Shown here one piece after another: positions 12,202 to 29,849 of a stretch of 64,000 nucleotides of DNA. Origin of the DNA: the human T2T-CHM13v2.0 reference genome, Homo sapiens; the NCBI RefSeq assembly GCF_009914755.1, contig NC_060930.1. One strand, written 5' to 3'. The notes beneath the pieces were generated by a model. That model searched no databases. It was given only the letters and a program-made list of their open reading frames with translations, and had not been told where the DNA came from. Both the position numbers and the translations under genes were made by a program. Numbering within the stretch: the first letter of the stretch is position 1; each line of letters starts with the position of its first letter.

Positions 12202-15199
12202 CTGTGAAAAATAAGTAAAGAAGAGAACTTTATTTCCATAACTTAAGAGATTTTTAAAGACACAAAAGATGATAAGGTATTAATTTAACAATTAAAAAGC
12301 ATTGGAGAATGGAGTAAGAGGAAAGAATTGAAGCCTACACCATTTTTTCCCTTGGCAGGAACACCAAATTTTGACAACTATCTGTACAAAGAAAAGCACC
12401 ATCACAAGAACCAAAAATCAGGTGAACACACGCAGTACCTGGTTTAACTTCATATCACTGAAAGAGGCATTGAAGAGGGTAGCAGACAGCCTTGAATTGC
12501 TGATGCCACCCCTTCTTCATCCTCCAGCAGCAGCCATGCAGCACAGAATCTAGGCAGTTGGGGAAGGGAGAGCACAGTGACAGGAGCACTTTACATTGAA
12601 CTCAGGGATGCCCTCTCACAGCAGAGAGCAAAGCCATGCTGGGCTCAGCCAGCACCCATGCATGAAGCAAGCATTTGGACCAGACCTAGCCAGAGGGGAA
12701 TGTGCCCATCCCAGAGGTCAAAACTTGAGTTTCTTGGCAGCTTTGCCACCATGGGCCGAAGTGCTCTAGGGTTCTAGGTAAACTTGAAAGGCAGTCTAGG
12801 ACACAAAAACTGCAACTCCTAGGAAACTCCTAGTGCTGGGATGGGCTCAGAGCCAGTAAACTAGGGTTGTATTTGACCTAGGGAGACACCAGCTAGGGCA
12901 GCTAAGGGAGTGCTTGAGCCACTCATCCCCCAATCACAGGCAGTACAGCTCATAGCAATGAAGGTGACCCCTTCCTTCTGCTTAAGATCAAAGATTAGAG
13001 AAAACTTTGTCTTGCATTTTGGATAGCAGCTCAGCCACAGTATGACAGAGCACCCAGCAGAGTCGTGAGGCCCCTGTTCCAGGGTCAAGCTCATAGATAC
13101 CATTTCTAGACACACCCCAAGGCAAAAAGGAAACTTCTGCATTGAAGGGAAGAATTCAGTCCTGGCAAAATTTATTACCTGCCAATTAAAAAGCCCTTGG
13201 ACACTGAATAACCAGCACTGATACCCAGGTAGTATGTCATGGGCCTTGGGCTCTGAGATGTGACCTAGCACACTCCCAGCTGTGGTGGATATGGTGAAAA
13301 TTTCCTTCTATTTAAGAAAAGCAGAAGGAAAGTAAAGGGGACTTTGTCTAACACCTTAGGTACCAGCTCAACCAAGTGGGGTAGAGCAAAAAGCAGGCTC
13401 TTGGGGTCCCTGGGTCCAGGCATAGGCTCTTGGACAGTACTTCTAGACCTTCTCTGGGCCAGAGTGGAACCCACTGCCCTGAAATGGAGTCCCAGGCCTA
13501 GCAGCATTCACCACAAGCTGACTGAAGAGCCCTTGGGCTTTAAATGAACAGCAGCAGTGGCCTAGCAAAACCCAATGTGGAACAGTGGTAGGCGTGGCCA
13601 CTGGGACAGGCTCCTCTGCCTGTGGAAAGGGGATGGAAGAGCAGGAAGAACATGGTATTCTAGTTTGAGTATCAGCTTAGCAGCAGAATAGAATGTCAGG
13701 TAAATTTCTAAGGTTATTGACTCCAATCCCTGATGCCCAGACAGCATCTCTGGAACTGCTTAAGGTGTGGGGGAACTTGCCACTGTAAAGAGAAGGACAT
13801 AAACCTGGTTGGCTTTGCCACCTGACAATTATAGAGTGCTAGGGACTTGAGTGAACATAGGTGGTAGCAAGGTAATGGTTACAGTGGGCCTTGGTCAAGA
13901 TCCAGTGCTAGGCTGGTATCAGGTCTGACACAGCATAGTCCCAGTGGTGGTGGCCACAAAGATGCTTACATCATCACACCCCCAGTTCCAGGCAGCTCAA
14001 AACACAGAGAGAGAAAGACTCTGTTTGGGAGAAAGTAAGGGAAAAGTATAAGAGTCTCTGCCTGGTAATCCAGAGTATTCTTCTGGATCTCATCCAAGAC
14101 CACCAGGGTGGTACCTCCATGAGTCTACAAAAAACACAGCATTTTGGTGCTTGAGGCCCAAGCCCCTTTGAATTCATGGAAATAATTCTCAAGATGGACA
14201 GGCATAAACAAGCCCAGATCGCAAAGACTACAATAAATACCTAACTCTTCAATGCCTGGACAGGAACAAGCATCTAAAGCTTCAAGATCATCCATGAAAA
14301 CATGACCACACCAAATGAACTAAATAAGGCATCAAGAAAACAGAGATATGTAACACTTCAGACAGAGGATTCAAAATAGCCATTTTGAGGAAACCCAAAG
14401 AAATTGAAGATAACACAGAGAAGAAACTCAGAATTCTATCAGATAAAGTTAACAAACAGATTAAAATGATGAAAAAGTACCAAGCAGAAGTACTGCAGAT
14501 GAAAAATGCAATTGGCATAACTGAAGAATGCAACAGAGTCTTTTAATAGTGGAATTCATCAAACAGGAGAAATAATTAGTGAGCTTGAAGACAAGCCATT
14601 TTAAAATACATGGTCACAGGAGAAAAAAGAAAAATGAATAAAAAACAATAAAGCACACCTACAATATCTAGAAAACAACCCCAAAAGGGCAAATCTAAGA
14701 ATTATTGGCCTCGAAGAGGAGGTAGAGAAAGAGATGTGGTAGAAAGCTATTCAAAGGGAAAATATTACAGAACTTCACAAACCTAGAGAAAGACATCAAC
14801 ATTCAAGTACAAGAAGGTTATAGAACACTAAGCAGATTTAACCCAAAGAAGTCTCCTCAAGGCATTTGATAATCAAACTTCCAAAGGTCAAGGATAAAGA
14901 GAAGATTCTAAAAGCAGCAAGAGGAAAACAACAATATACAATGAGCTCCAATACATCTGGCAGCAGACTTTTCAGTGGAAACCTTACAGACCAGAAAAGA
15001 GTGGCATGGCATACTTTAAGTGCTGAAGGAAACAAACTCTTACCTTATAATAACATATCCCATGAAAATACCCTTAAAGCATGGAGGAGAAACAAAGACC
15101 TTCCCAGACAAACAAAAGTTGATTTCATCAACACCATATTTGTCCTACAAGAAATGCTAATGGGAGTTATTCAAACTGAAAGGAAAGGTTGGTAATGAG

Positions 15200-15581
15200 T
15201 AGTATGGCTAGGGTTTGTGTCCCCAGCAAAATCTCATCTTGAATTATAATCCAAATAATCCCAATAATCCCTACATATGAGAGAGAGAGCAGGTGGTGGT
15301 GAGATCATGGGATGGTATCTCCCATGCTGTTCTCATGATACTGAGTGAGTTCCCATGAGATCTAACGGTTTTTAAGGATTTTTTTCCTCCTTCACTCAGC
15401 GATTCTCCTTTCTGCTGCCTTGGGAAGAGGTGCCTAGCTTCCCCTTCACCTTCTGCCAAGACTGTGAGTTTCCTGAGGTCTCCCCAGCCATACTAAACTG
15501 TGACTCAAATGAACTTATTTCCTCTATAAATTACCCAGTCTCAGGCAGTTCTTTATAGCAGTGTGAGAATGGACTAATACA
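15200..15581 (+). mobile_element. THE1D solo LTR
   Basis: 382 bp, ends GGACTAATACA; perfect TSD ATGAG (15195-15199 / 15582-15586). Confidence 0.88.
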
Positions 15582-15714
15582 ATGAGCAAGGGGAAATTAT
15601 CTGAAAGTAAAAACTCATGGATAATAGTAAGCACACAAGAAAAACATAGAATATTATAACACTGTAATTGTGGTGTAAACTACTTTTAAGTAGAAACACT
15701 AAATGATAAACCAG

Positions 15715-16224
15715 TCAGAAGTAATAACTACAAAAACTTCTCAAGACATAGTACAATAAAGTATAAATAGAAATAACAAAAACTGGGGTTGCTTCCAAGA
15801 TGGCTGAATAGAAACAGCTCTGGTCTGCAGCTCCCAGCAAGATTGATGCAGAAGATGGGTGATTTCTGCATTTCCAACTGAGGTACCTGGTTCTTCTCAC
15901 TGGGACTTGTTGGACAGTGGAAGCAGCCCACAGAGGGTGAGCTGAAGCAGGGTGGGGCATTGCCTCACCCAGGAAGAACAAGGGGTCAGGGGATTTCCTT
16001 TTCCTAGCCAAGAGAAGCCATGATAGACTGTACCTGGAGAAACAGCGTACTTCTGATGAAATACTGCACTTTTCCCACAGTCTTAGCAACCGGCAGACCA
16101 GGAGATACTCTCCCATGCCTGGCTCAACAGGTCCCATGCCCATGGAGCCTTGCTCACTGCTAGTGCAGCAGTCTGAGATTGACCTGTGGCACTGCACCTT
16201 GACGGGGGGAGGGGCATCCACCAT
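15715..16224 (-). CDS. Open ORF0-type antisense frame of the L1 5'UTR, 169 aa (translation unproven)
   Basis: ATG start MVDAPPP..SISDCC..EPGMGEYLLVCR..FSR, resembles L1 ORF0; reads out of the L1 5' end. Confidence 0.45.
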   Translation of the reverse strand: MVDAPPPVKVQCHRSISDCCTSSEQGSMGMGPVEPGMGEYLLVCRLLRLWEKCSISSEVRCFSRYSLSWLLLARKRKSPDPLFFLGEAMPHPASAHPLWAASTVQQVPVRRTRYLSWKCRNHPSSASILLGAADQSCFYSAILEATPVFVISIYTLLYYVLRSFCSYYF

Positions 16225-17817
16225 TGCTGAGGCTTGAGTAGCTCACAGGGTAAACGAAGAGGCCAGGAAGCACGAACTGGGCAGAGCCCACCAAAGCTCA
16301 GAAAGGCCTACTGCCTCTACAGATTCCACCTCTGGGGGCAGGTCATAGTAGAACAAAAGGCATCAGACAGCTTCTGCAGATTTAAACCTCCCTGTCTGAC
16401 AGCACTGAAGAGAGCAGTCGTTCTCTCAGCACAGCGTTCAGGCTCTAAGAATGGACAGACTGCCTCCTCAAGCAGGTCCCTGACCCCCATGTAGCCTGAC
16501 TGGGAAACACCTCCCAGTAAGGGCCAACAGACACCTCAAACAGGTCAGTGCCCCTCTGGGATGAAGCTTCCAGAGGAAGGATCAGACAGCAATATTTGCT
16601 GTTCTGCAGCCTCTGCTGGTGATACCCAGGCAAACAGGGTCTGGAGTGGACCTCCAGTAAACTCCAACAGACCTGCAGTTGAGGGGTCTGACAGTTAGAA
16701 GGAAAACTAATAAACAGAAAGGAATAGCATCAACGTCAACAAAAAGTACATCCACACTAAAACTCCATCTATAGGTCAACAATATCAAAGACCAAACTTA
16801 GATAAAACCACAAAGATGGGAAGACACTGGAGCAAAAGCTGAAAATTCCAAAAACCGGAGTGCCTCTTCTCCCCCAAATGATCGCAGCTCCTCACAAGCA
16901 AGGGAACAAAACTGGATGGAAAATGAGTTTGACAAATTGACAGAAGTAGGATCAGAAGATCGGTAATAACAAACTTCTCCGAGCTAAAGGAGCATGTTCT
17001 AACCCATTGCAAGGAAGCTAAAAACATTCAAAACAGGTTAGACAAAAGGCTAACTAGAATAAACAGTGTAGAGAAAACCTTAAATGACCTGATGGAGCTG
17101 AAAAACACAGCACAAGAACTTCTTGATGCATGCACAAGCTTCAATAGCCGATTTGATCAAGGGGACGAAAGGATATCAGTGATTGGAGATCAAATTAATG
17201 AAATAAAGTGAGAAGACAAGATTAGAGAAAAAAAGTGGAAACAAATGAACAAAGTCTGCAAGAAATATGTAATCATGTGAAACAACCAAAGATACATTGG
17301 ATTGGTGTATGGGAAAGTGAAAGGGACAATGGAACTAAGTTAGAAAACACTGTTCAGGATATTATCCAGGAGAACTTCCCCAACCTAGCAAGGCAGGCCA
17401 ACATTCAAACCCATGAAATACACAGAATGCTACAAAGATACTCCTCAAGAAGAGCAACCCCAAGACACATAACTCTCAGATTCACCAAGGTTGAAATGAA
17501 AAAAAAAAAAAAAAAATGTTAAGGGCAGCCAGACGGAAAGGTCGGGTTACCCACAAAGGGAAGCCCATCAGACTAAGAGCAGATGTCTCTGAAGAAACCC
17601 TACAAGCCAGAACAGAGTGGGGGGCAATATTCAACATTCTTAAAGAAAATAATTTTCAACCCAGAATCACATATCCAGCCAAACTAAGCATCATAAGTGA
17701 AGGAGAAATAAAATCCTTTACAGACAAGGAAATGCTGAGAGATTTTGTCATGACCAGGCCTGCCATACAAGAGCTCCTGAAGGAAGGACTAAACATGGAA
17801 AAGAAACAACTGGTACC
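15785..17817 (+). mobile_element. L1PA7-like LINE-1, 5'UTR and disrupted ORF1; 3' part missing
   Basis: Starts GGGGTTGCTTCCAAGATGGCTGAATAG; ORF1p fragments 17235-17824. Confidence 0.85.
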
Positions 17818-18826
17818 GGAATAGAACAGCTCCAGTCTACAGTTCCCACCATGAGCGACTCAGAAGACGTATGATTTCTGCAATTCCAACTGAGGTACTG
17901 GGTTCATCTCGCTGGGGATTGTCAGACAGTGGGTGCAGGACAGTGGGTGCAGCAGCGCACTGAGCATGAACCGAGGCAGTGTGAGGCATCGCCTCACCCA
18001 ACAAGCACAAGGGGTTAGGGAATTCCCTTTCCTAGCCAAGGAAAGGGGTGACAGACGGCACCTGGAAAATCGGTTCACTCCCACCCTAATACTGTGCTTT
18101 TCCAGTGGTCTTAACAAGCGGCACACGAGGAGATTGTATCCTGTGCCTGCTTGGAGGCTCCAGCACCCACGAAGCCTGACTCATTGCTAGCAAAGCAGTC
18201 TGAGATCAAACTGCAAGGCCGCAGCGAGGCTCGGGGAGGGGCGCCTGCCATTGCCAAGGCTTCAATAGGTAAACAAAGCAACCAGGAAGCTCAAACTGGG
18301 TGGAGCCCACCACAGCTCAAGGAGGCCTGCCTGTCTCTGTAGACTCCACCTCTAGGGGCAGGGCATAGCCAAACAAAAGGCAGCAGAAACATCTGCAGAC
18401 TTAAATGTCCCTGTTTGACAGCTTTGAAGACAGTAGTGGTTTTCCCAGCACACAGCTGGAGCTCTGAGAACAGACAGACTGCCTCCTCAAGTGGGTCTCT
18501 GACCCCTGAGTGGCCTAACTGGGAGGCACCACCCAGTAGGGGCAGATTGACACCTCACATGGCCGGGTACTCCTCTGAGACAAACCTTCCAGAGGAACGA
18601 TCAGGCAGCAACATTTGCTGTTCACCAACATCTGGTGTTCTGCAGACTCCACTGCTGATAACCAGGCAAACAGGGTCTGGAGTGAACCTCCAGCAAACTC
18701 CAACAGACCTACAGCTGAGGGTCCTGACTGTTAGAAGCAAAACTAACAAACAGAAAGGACATCCACACCAAAACCTCATCTGTACGTCACCATCATCAAA
18801 GACCAAAGGTAGATAAAACCAAAAAG

Positions 18827-19844
18827 ATGGGGAAAAAATAGAGCAGAAAAACTGGAAACTCTAAAATCAGAGTGCCTCTCCTCCTCCAAAAGAAGGCAGC
18901 TCCTCACCAGCAATGGAACAAAGCTGGACGGAGAATGACTTTGACGAGTTGAGAGAGGAAGCCTTCAGAAGATCAAACTACTCCAAGCTAAAGGAGGAAG
19001 TTCAAACCAATGGCAAAGAAGTTAAAAACTTTTTGAAAAAAGATTAGACGAATGTCTAACTAGAATAACCAATGCAGAGAAGTCATTAAAGGACCTGATG
19101 GAGCCGAAAACCATGGCATAACAACTACGTGACAAATGCACAAGCCTCAGTAACCGATGAGATCAACTGGAAGAAAGGGTATCAGTGATGGAAGATGAAA
19201 TGAATGAAATGAAGTGTGAAGAGAAGTTTAGAGAAAAAAGAATAAAAAGAAATGAACAAAGCCTCCAAGAAATACGGGACTATGTGAAAAGACCAAATCT
19301 ACGTCTGATTGGTGTACCTGAAAGTGACGGGGAGAATGGAGCCAACTGGGAAAACACTCTGCAGGATATTATGCAGGAGAACTTCCCCAATCTAGCAAGG
19401 CAGGCCAACATTCAGATTCAGGAAATACAGAGAATGCCACAAAGATAATCCTCAAGAAGAGCAACTCCAAGACACATAATTGTCAGATTCACCAAAGTTG
19501 AAATGAAGGAAAAAATGTTAACGGCAGCCAGAGAGAAAGGTCGGGTTACCCACAAAGGGAAGCCCATCAGACTAACAGCTGATCTCTCAGCAGAAACTAT
19601 ACAAGCCAGAAGAGAGTGGGGGCCAATATTCAACATTCTTCAAGAAAAGAATTTTCAACCCAGAATTTCATATCCAGCCAAACAAAGCTTCATAATTGAA
19701 GGAGAAATAAAATCCTTTACAGACAAGCAAATGCTGAGAGATTTTGTCACCACCAAGACTCCCCTACAAGAGCTCCTGAAGGAAACACTAAACATGGAAA
19801 GGAACAAACGGTACCAGCCACTGCAAAAACATGCCAAATTGTAA
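18827..19844 (+). pseudogene. L1 ORF1p, disrupted
   Basis: ATG 18827, ends QPLQKHAKL*; internal stops and frameshifts. Confidence 0.9.
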
Positions 19845-19907
19845 AGACCATCGAGGCTACGACGAAACAACTTCAACTAACGAGCAAAATAACCAGCTAA
19901 CGTCATA

Positions 19908-23603
<3,696 letters not shown>

Positions 23604-23815
23604 ACAATGAGAACACATGGACACAGGAAGGGGAACACCACACACCGGGGCCTGTTGTGGGGTGGGGGGAGAGGGGAGGGACAGCATTTGTAGATATATC
23701 TAATGTTAAATGACGAGGTACTGGGGGCATCACACCAACATGGCCCATGTATACATATGTAAATAACCTGCACGTTGTGCACATGTACCCTAAAACTTAA
23801 ACTATAACAAAAAAA

Positions 23816-23912
23816 TTTGAATTTTTAATAGAGATGGGGTTTTGCCATGTTGGCCAGGCTTGTCTCGAACTCCTGACCTCAAGCAATCTGCCCACCTTGG
23901 CCTCCCAAAGTG
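23816..23912 (-). mobile_element. Alu left-arm internal fragment
   Basis: AGAGATGGGGTTTTGCCATGTTGGCCAGGCT...GCCTCCCAAAGTG; no tail or TSD. Confidence 0.9.
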
Positions 23913-24881
23913 TTTACAGCACATTTTATTCAATTGCTACAGAATACGCATTCTTCTTCTCAGCATATGGATCATTCTAAAGGCAGACCAAATGTTAGAT
24001 CACAAAACAAGTCTTAAAACATTCAAAAAATGAAATAATATCAAACATCTTATCTGACCACTATGAAGTAAAACTAGAAAGCAATTAACAAAAGGAATTT
24101 TGAAAACTATACAAACAGATGGAAATTATACAATATGCTCCTGGATAACCAGTGGGTCAGAGAAGAAATTAAGAAGGAAATTGAAATGTTTCTTGAATCA
24201 AATGGTAGTGGAATCAAACAACATCAAAAACCTATGGGATACAGTGAAAATGGTACTAAGAGGAAATTTTATAGCTATAAGTGCCTATCTACATCATAAA
24301 AGAAAAAAATTTTAAATAAACAACTTAATGATGTATCTTAAAGAATTAGAGAATTAGAAAAGTAGAAAAGTAAGAGCAAACCAAACCCAAAACTAGTAGA
24401 AGAAAAGAAATAATAAAGATCAGAGCATAAATAAAGTGGAAATGAAGCAAACAATACAAAAGATCAGTGAAACCAAAAGGTGGTTTATTGAAAAGATGAA
24501 CACAATTGACAAACCTTTAGCCAGACAAATGAAGAAAACAGGAAAAATATCCAAATATAATAAATGAAATTGAAGATAAAAACAAGACATTACAACTGAT
24601 ATGAGGAATTGAAAGGATCATTAGTGGCTACTATGAGTAACTGTATGCCAATAAGTTGGAAAATCTAGAAGAAGTGGATAAATTACCAGACACATAGATA
24701 CCAAGATTGAGCCATGAATAGAAAAATAACAAGTGATAAGTTGAAACAATTTTTTAAAGTCTCCCAGTAAACTTTTTGGCCTGGGACCCAATGGCTTTAT
24801 TCTGAATTCTACCAAACATTTAAAGAATGAATACAAACCCTACTCAAACTATTCCAAAAAATCAAGAAAGGAATACTTCCA

Positions 24882-24929
24882 AACTCATCCTATGAGACCA
24901 GTATTAACTCATCCTATGAGACCAGTATT
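24882..24929. repeat. Perfect 24-bp tandem duplication in L1MA2 ORF2
   Basis: AACTCATCCTATGAGACCAGTATT x2. Confidence 0.95.
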
Positions 24930-26243
24930 ATCCTCATATCAAAACCAACAAAAACACCTTAAAAAAGTAAGAAAACTTCAGGTCAATATTTCTGATTAAT
25001 ATTGATGCAACAATCCTCAACAAAATACCAGAAAACTGAATTCCAACAATACATTAGAAAGATCATTCATCATGACCAAGTCGAATTTACACCAGGGATG
25101 CAAGAATGGTTCAACATATGCAAATCAATTAATGTGATACATTATATCAACAGAATGAAGAACAAAATCCATGTGAGCATTTTAACTGATGCTGAAAAAG
25201 CATTTGATAAAAATTCAACATCCCTTCACGATAAAAATACTCAAACAACTTGGTATAGAAGGAACATTCCTAAACATAATAAAAGCCATATATGACCGAC
25301 CAACAGCTAGTATCATACTGGATGGGGAAAAACTGAAAGCCTTCCTCTAAGATCTGGAACACAACAGGAATGCTCACTTTCACCACAGTTATTCGACATA
25401 GTACTGGAAGTCCTAACTAGAGCAATCAGTCAACAGAAAGAAATAAATGGCATCCAAATTGGAAAGGAAGAAGTCAAAATAACCTTGTTTGGAGATGATA
25501 TCATCTTATATTTGGAAAAACCTAAAGACTCTACAAAAATACTATGAGAACCAATAATGCAGTAAAGTTGCAGGATACAAAATCAACATACAAAAATCAG
25601 TAGCATTTCTATATGCCATCAGTGAACAATCCAGGAAATAAATCAAAAAAGTTATCCCATTTACAATAGCCACAAATAAAATTAAATACATAGGAATTAA
25701 CCGAAGAAGTAAAAAATCTCTGCAATGAAAACTATGAAATACTGATGAAAGAAATTGAAGAGGACACAGAAAATGGAAAAAGATTCCATGTTCATGGATT
25801 AGAAGAACGAATATTTTTAAAATATCCACACTACCCAAAGCAAGCTAAAGATTCAATGCAAGCTCTATCATAATACCAAAGACATTCCTCACAGAAATAA
25901 AAAAAACAATCCTAACATTTATATGGAACTACAAAAAAACAAACAAACAAAAACATAATAGCAAAAGCTATCCTGAGCAAAAACAACAGAACTGGATGAA
26001 TCAAATTACTTCACTTCAAATTTTACTACAGGGCTGTAGTGATGAAAACAGCATGGTACTGGCACAAAAACAGACACATAGACCAATGAAACAGACTAGA
26101 GAACTCAGAAACAAACCCACACACCTACCGTGAACAAATTTTTGACAGAGATGCAAAGAATATATACTAGGGAAAACAGTCTCTCCAACAAATGGTACTG
26201 GGAAAACAGACTATCCACATGCAAAATAATAAAGCTCGACATC

Positions 26244-28596
26244 TGATATGGTTTGAATTTGTGTCTCTGCCCAAATCTCATGTTGAATTATAATCTCCTA
26301 TGTTGGAAGAGGGACCTGGTGGAAGGTGGTTCCATCATGGAGGTGGACTTTCCCTTGCTGTTCTCATGATAGTGAGTTCTCGTCAGATCTGGTTGTTTAA
26401 AAGTATGTGGAACCTCCCCACTCTCCCACTTCCTCCTGTTTCTGCCATGTAAGATGTGTCTCCTTATTCATTGCCTTCCACCATGATTGTAAATTTCCTG
26501 AGCTCTCCCCAGCCATGCTTCCTGTACAGCCTATAGAACTGCGAGTTAATCAAACCTCTTTTCTTTATAAATTACCCAGTCTCAGGTGGTTCTTTATAGC
26601 AATTCAAGAACAGATTAATACAGAAAATTGGTACTTAGGAGTGGGATATGGCTATAAAGATACCTGAAAATGTGGAAGTGACTTTGGAACTGAGTAATGG
26701 GCAGAGGTTGGAAGAATTGGAGGGCTCAGAAGAAGACAGGAAGATGAGGGAAAGTTTATAACTTCTTAGAGACTTGTTGCATTGTTTTGACCAAAATGCT
26801 GATAGTGATGTGGAAAATAAAGTCCAGGCTGAGTTGGTCTCAGATGGAGATGAAGAACTTCTTAGGAACTGAAGCAAAGGTCACTTTTGTTATGTATTAG
26901 CAAAGAGGTTGGAAGAATTCTGCCCCTACTCAAGAGATCTGTGGAACTTTGAACTTAAGAGAGATGATTTAGTGTATCTGGAAGAAGAAATTTCTAAGCA
27001 GAAAAGCATTCAAAATGTGCCCTGGCTGCTTTTACCAGTGTATGCTTATATATGTGAGCAAAAAGAAGATCTGAAACTGGAACTTACATTTAAAAGGAAA
27101 GCAGAACGTAAAAGTTTGGAAATGTGCAGCCTGGCCATGTGGTAGAAAAGAAAAACCCATTTTCAGGGGAGGAATTCAAGCTGGCTACAGAAATTTGCAT
27201 AAGAGGAGCCTAATGATAACAGCCAAGACAATGGGGAAAATGCCTCAAAGGCATTTCAGAGACCTTTGCAGCAGCTCCTGCCATCACAGGTGTGGAGGGC
27301 TAGGAGGGAAGAAAGGTTTTGTGGGCCAAGGCCAGGGCCCCACTGCCTTGCACAACCTCAGGACACTGCTCCCTGAGTCCCAGCTGCCCCAGCTCCCGCC
27401 ATGGCTAAAGGAGCCCCAGATACATCTCAGGCTCCTGTTCCAGAGGGTGCAAGCTGTAAGCCTGGCAGCTTCCACATGGTGTTAAGCCTGCAGGTGTGCA
27501 GAGGGCAAGAGTTGAGGCTTGGGAGCCTCTGCCTAGATTTCAGAGGATGTATGGAAACATATGGATGTCCAGGCAGAAGTCTGCTACAGGGGCAGAACTC
27601 TTATGGAGAATCTACCAGGACAGTGTGGAGGGGAAATGTGGGGTTGGAGCTGCCACACAGAGTCCCCACTGGGACACTGCCTAGTGGAGCTGTGAGAAGA
27701 TGGCCACCATCCTCCAGACCACAGAACAGTAGATCAACCAACAGCTTGAACCATGCACCTGGAAAAGAAGCAGGCAATCAATGCCAGCCTGTAAAAGTGG
27801 CCAAGGGGGGCAAGTACCCTGCAAAGCCACAGGGGTGGAAATGCCCAAGGCCTTGGGAGCCCACTCCTAGCATCAGTGTGGCCTGAATATGAGACATGGA
27901 GTCAAAGAAGATTATTTTGGAACTTTAAGATTTAATGACTGCCCTGCTGAGTTTCAGACTTGCATGGGGCCTGTAGTCCCTTTGTTTTGGCTAATTTCTC
28001 CCTTTTGGAACAGGTGTATTTACCCAATGCCTGTACCTGCATTGTATGTTGGAAATAACTAACTTGCTTTTTATTTTACAGTCTCAGATGAGACTTTGGA
28101 CTGTGGATTTTTGAGTTAATACTGAACTGAGTTAATACTTGGGAAACTGTTGCGAAGGGATGATTGTATTTTGCAATGTGAGAAGAATGTGAGATTTGGG
28201 AGGGGCCAGGGTGGAATAATATGGTTTAGATTTATGTCCCCACTAAAATCTCATGTTGAATTTTAATCCCCAATATTGGAGGAGGGGCCTGGTGGGAGGT
28301 GATTGGATCATAGGGGCAGACTTCCCCCTTGCTGTTCTCATGTAGTGAGAAAGTTCTCATGAGGTCTGGTTGTTTAAGTGTGTAGCACCTCCCACTCCTC
28401 TCTCTTCCTCCTGCTTCGGCCACATAAGGCATGCCTCCTTCCTCTTCACCTTCTGCCATGATTGTAAGTTTCCTGAGACCTCCCCAGCCATGCTTCCTGT
28501 ACAGCCTGTGGAACTGTGAGTCAATTAATCCTCTTTTGTTTATAAATTATCCACTCTCAGGTAGTTCTTTATAGCGACGTGAGATCGGACGATACA
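26244..28596 (+). mobile_element. Complete MSTA-type MaLR element (LTR 26244-26622, internal 26623-28216, LTR 28217-28596)
   Basis: Two similar ~380-bp LTRs; GAAAATTGGTAC after the 5' LTR; polypurine tract before the 3' LTR; gag-like remnant 26909-27145. Confidence 0.88.
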
Positions 28597-29509
28597 ACCA
28601 CTATCTCTCTCCATATACAAAAATCTAATTTAAATGCATTAAAGACTTAAATCTAAAACCTCAAACTAGGAAACTGCTATAAGAAAACATTGGGTAAACT
28701 CTCCAGAATATTGATCTGGGCAAAAACTTCTTGAGTAATACCCTATAAGCACAGGCAACCAAAGCAAAAATGGATAAATGGGATAACATCAGGTTAAAAA
28801 GCTTCTTCACAGCAAAGAAAACTATCAACAAACTGAACAGACAACTCACAGAATGAGAAAATATTTACAAACCACACATCTGACAAGGGATTCATAAAAC
28901 TACAATGAGATATCAATTCATCTCAGTTAAAATGGCTTTTATCTAAAAGACAGGCAATAACAAAGGCTGGCGAGGATGTGGAGTAAAGGGAATCCTGGTA
29001 CACTGTTGGTGGGAATGTAAATTAGTACAACCACTATGGAGAACAGTTTAGAGGTTCCTCAAAAAACTAAAACTAAATCTATCATATGATCCAGCAATCC
29101 TACTCTTGTGTATATACCCGAAATCAGTATATCAAAGTGGTATCTGCACCCCCACACTTGTTGTAGCACTGTTCACAGTAGCCAAGATTTGGAAGTAACC
29201 TAAATGTTCATCAATAGATGATTGGATAAAGAAAATGTGGTACATTTACACAATGCAGTACTATTCAGCTATTAAAAAGAATGAGATCCTGTCATTTGCA
29301 ACAACATGGATGGAACCAGAGGTCATTGAACTAAGTGAAATAAGCCGGGACAGAAAGACAAACTTCACATTTTGTCATTTATTTGTGGGACCTAAAAATC
29401 AAAGCAATTGAACATAGAGATGGAGAGTAGAAGATGGTTACCAGAAGCTGGGAAGGGTAGTGGAGTGGCAGAGGGGGAAAGGTAGGGATGGTTAATGGGT
29501 ACAAAAATA

Positions 29510-29849
29510 CAGGGTTCCCCAACCACCACCCCTCTCCAAAATGGCCACAGACTGGTACTGGTTAGGAACCAGGCCACATAGCAGGAGGTGAGCAGTGAAC
29601 AAGCAAGCATTACTGCCTGAGCTCTGCCTCCTGTCACATCAGCTGGGCATTAGATTCTCACAGGAGCACAAACCCTATTGTGAACTGCACATGCGAGGGA
29701 TCTAGGTTGTGCGCTCCTTATGAGAACCTAACTAATGCCTGATGATCTGAAGTGGAATAGTTTTGTCCTAAAACCATCCCCACAACTCCCAGTCCATGGG
29801 AAAATTTCATGTAACTGGTTCCTCATGCCAAAAATGTTGGGGACCACTG
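29510..29849 (+). mobile_element. MER1B (hAT-Charlie) DNA transposon
   Basis: TIRs CAGGGTTCCCCAAC / GTTGGGGACCACTG; internal CATTAGATTCTCACAGGAGC. Confidence 0.85.

Noticed and set aside
17499-17516. Poly(A) run as a retrocopy tail
   Set aside because: Expansion of the native AAGGAAAAAA in ORF1; L1 sequence is colinear on both sides.
27195-27886. Overlapping GC-richer ORFs up to 161 aa
   Set aside because: MaLR internal sequence; no sign of an intact gene.
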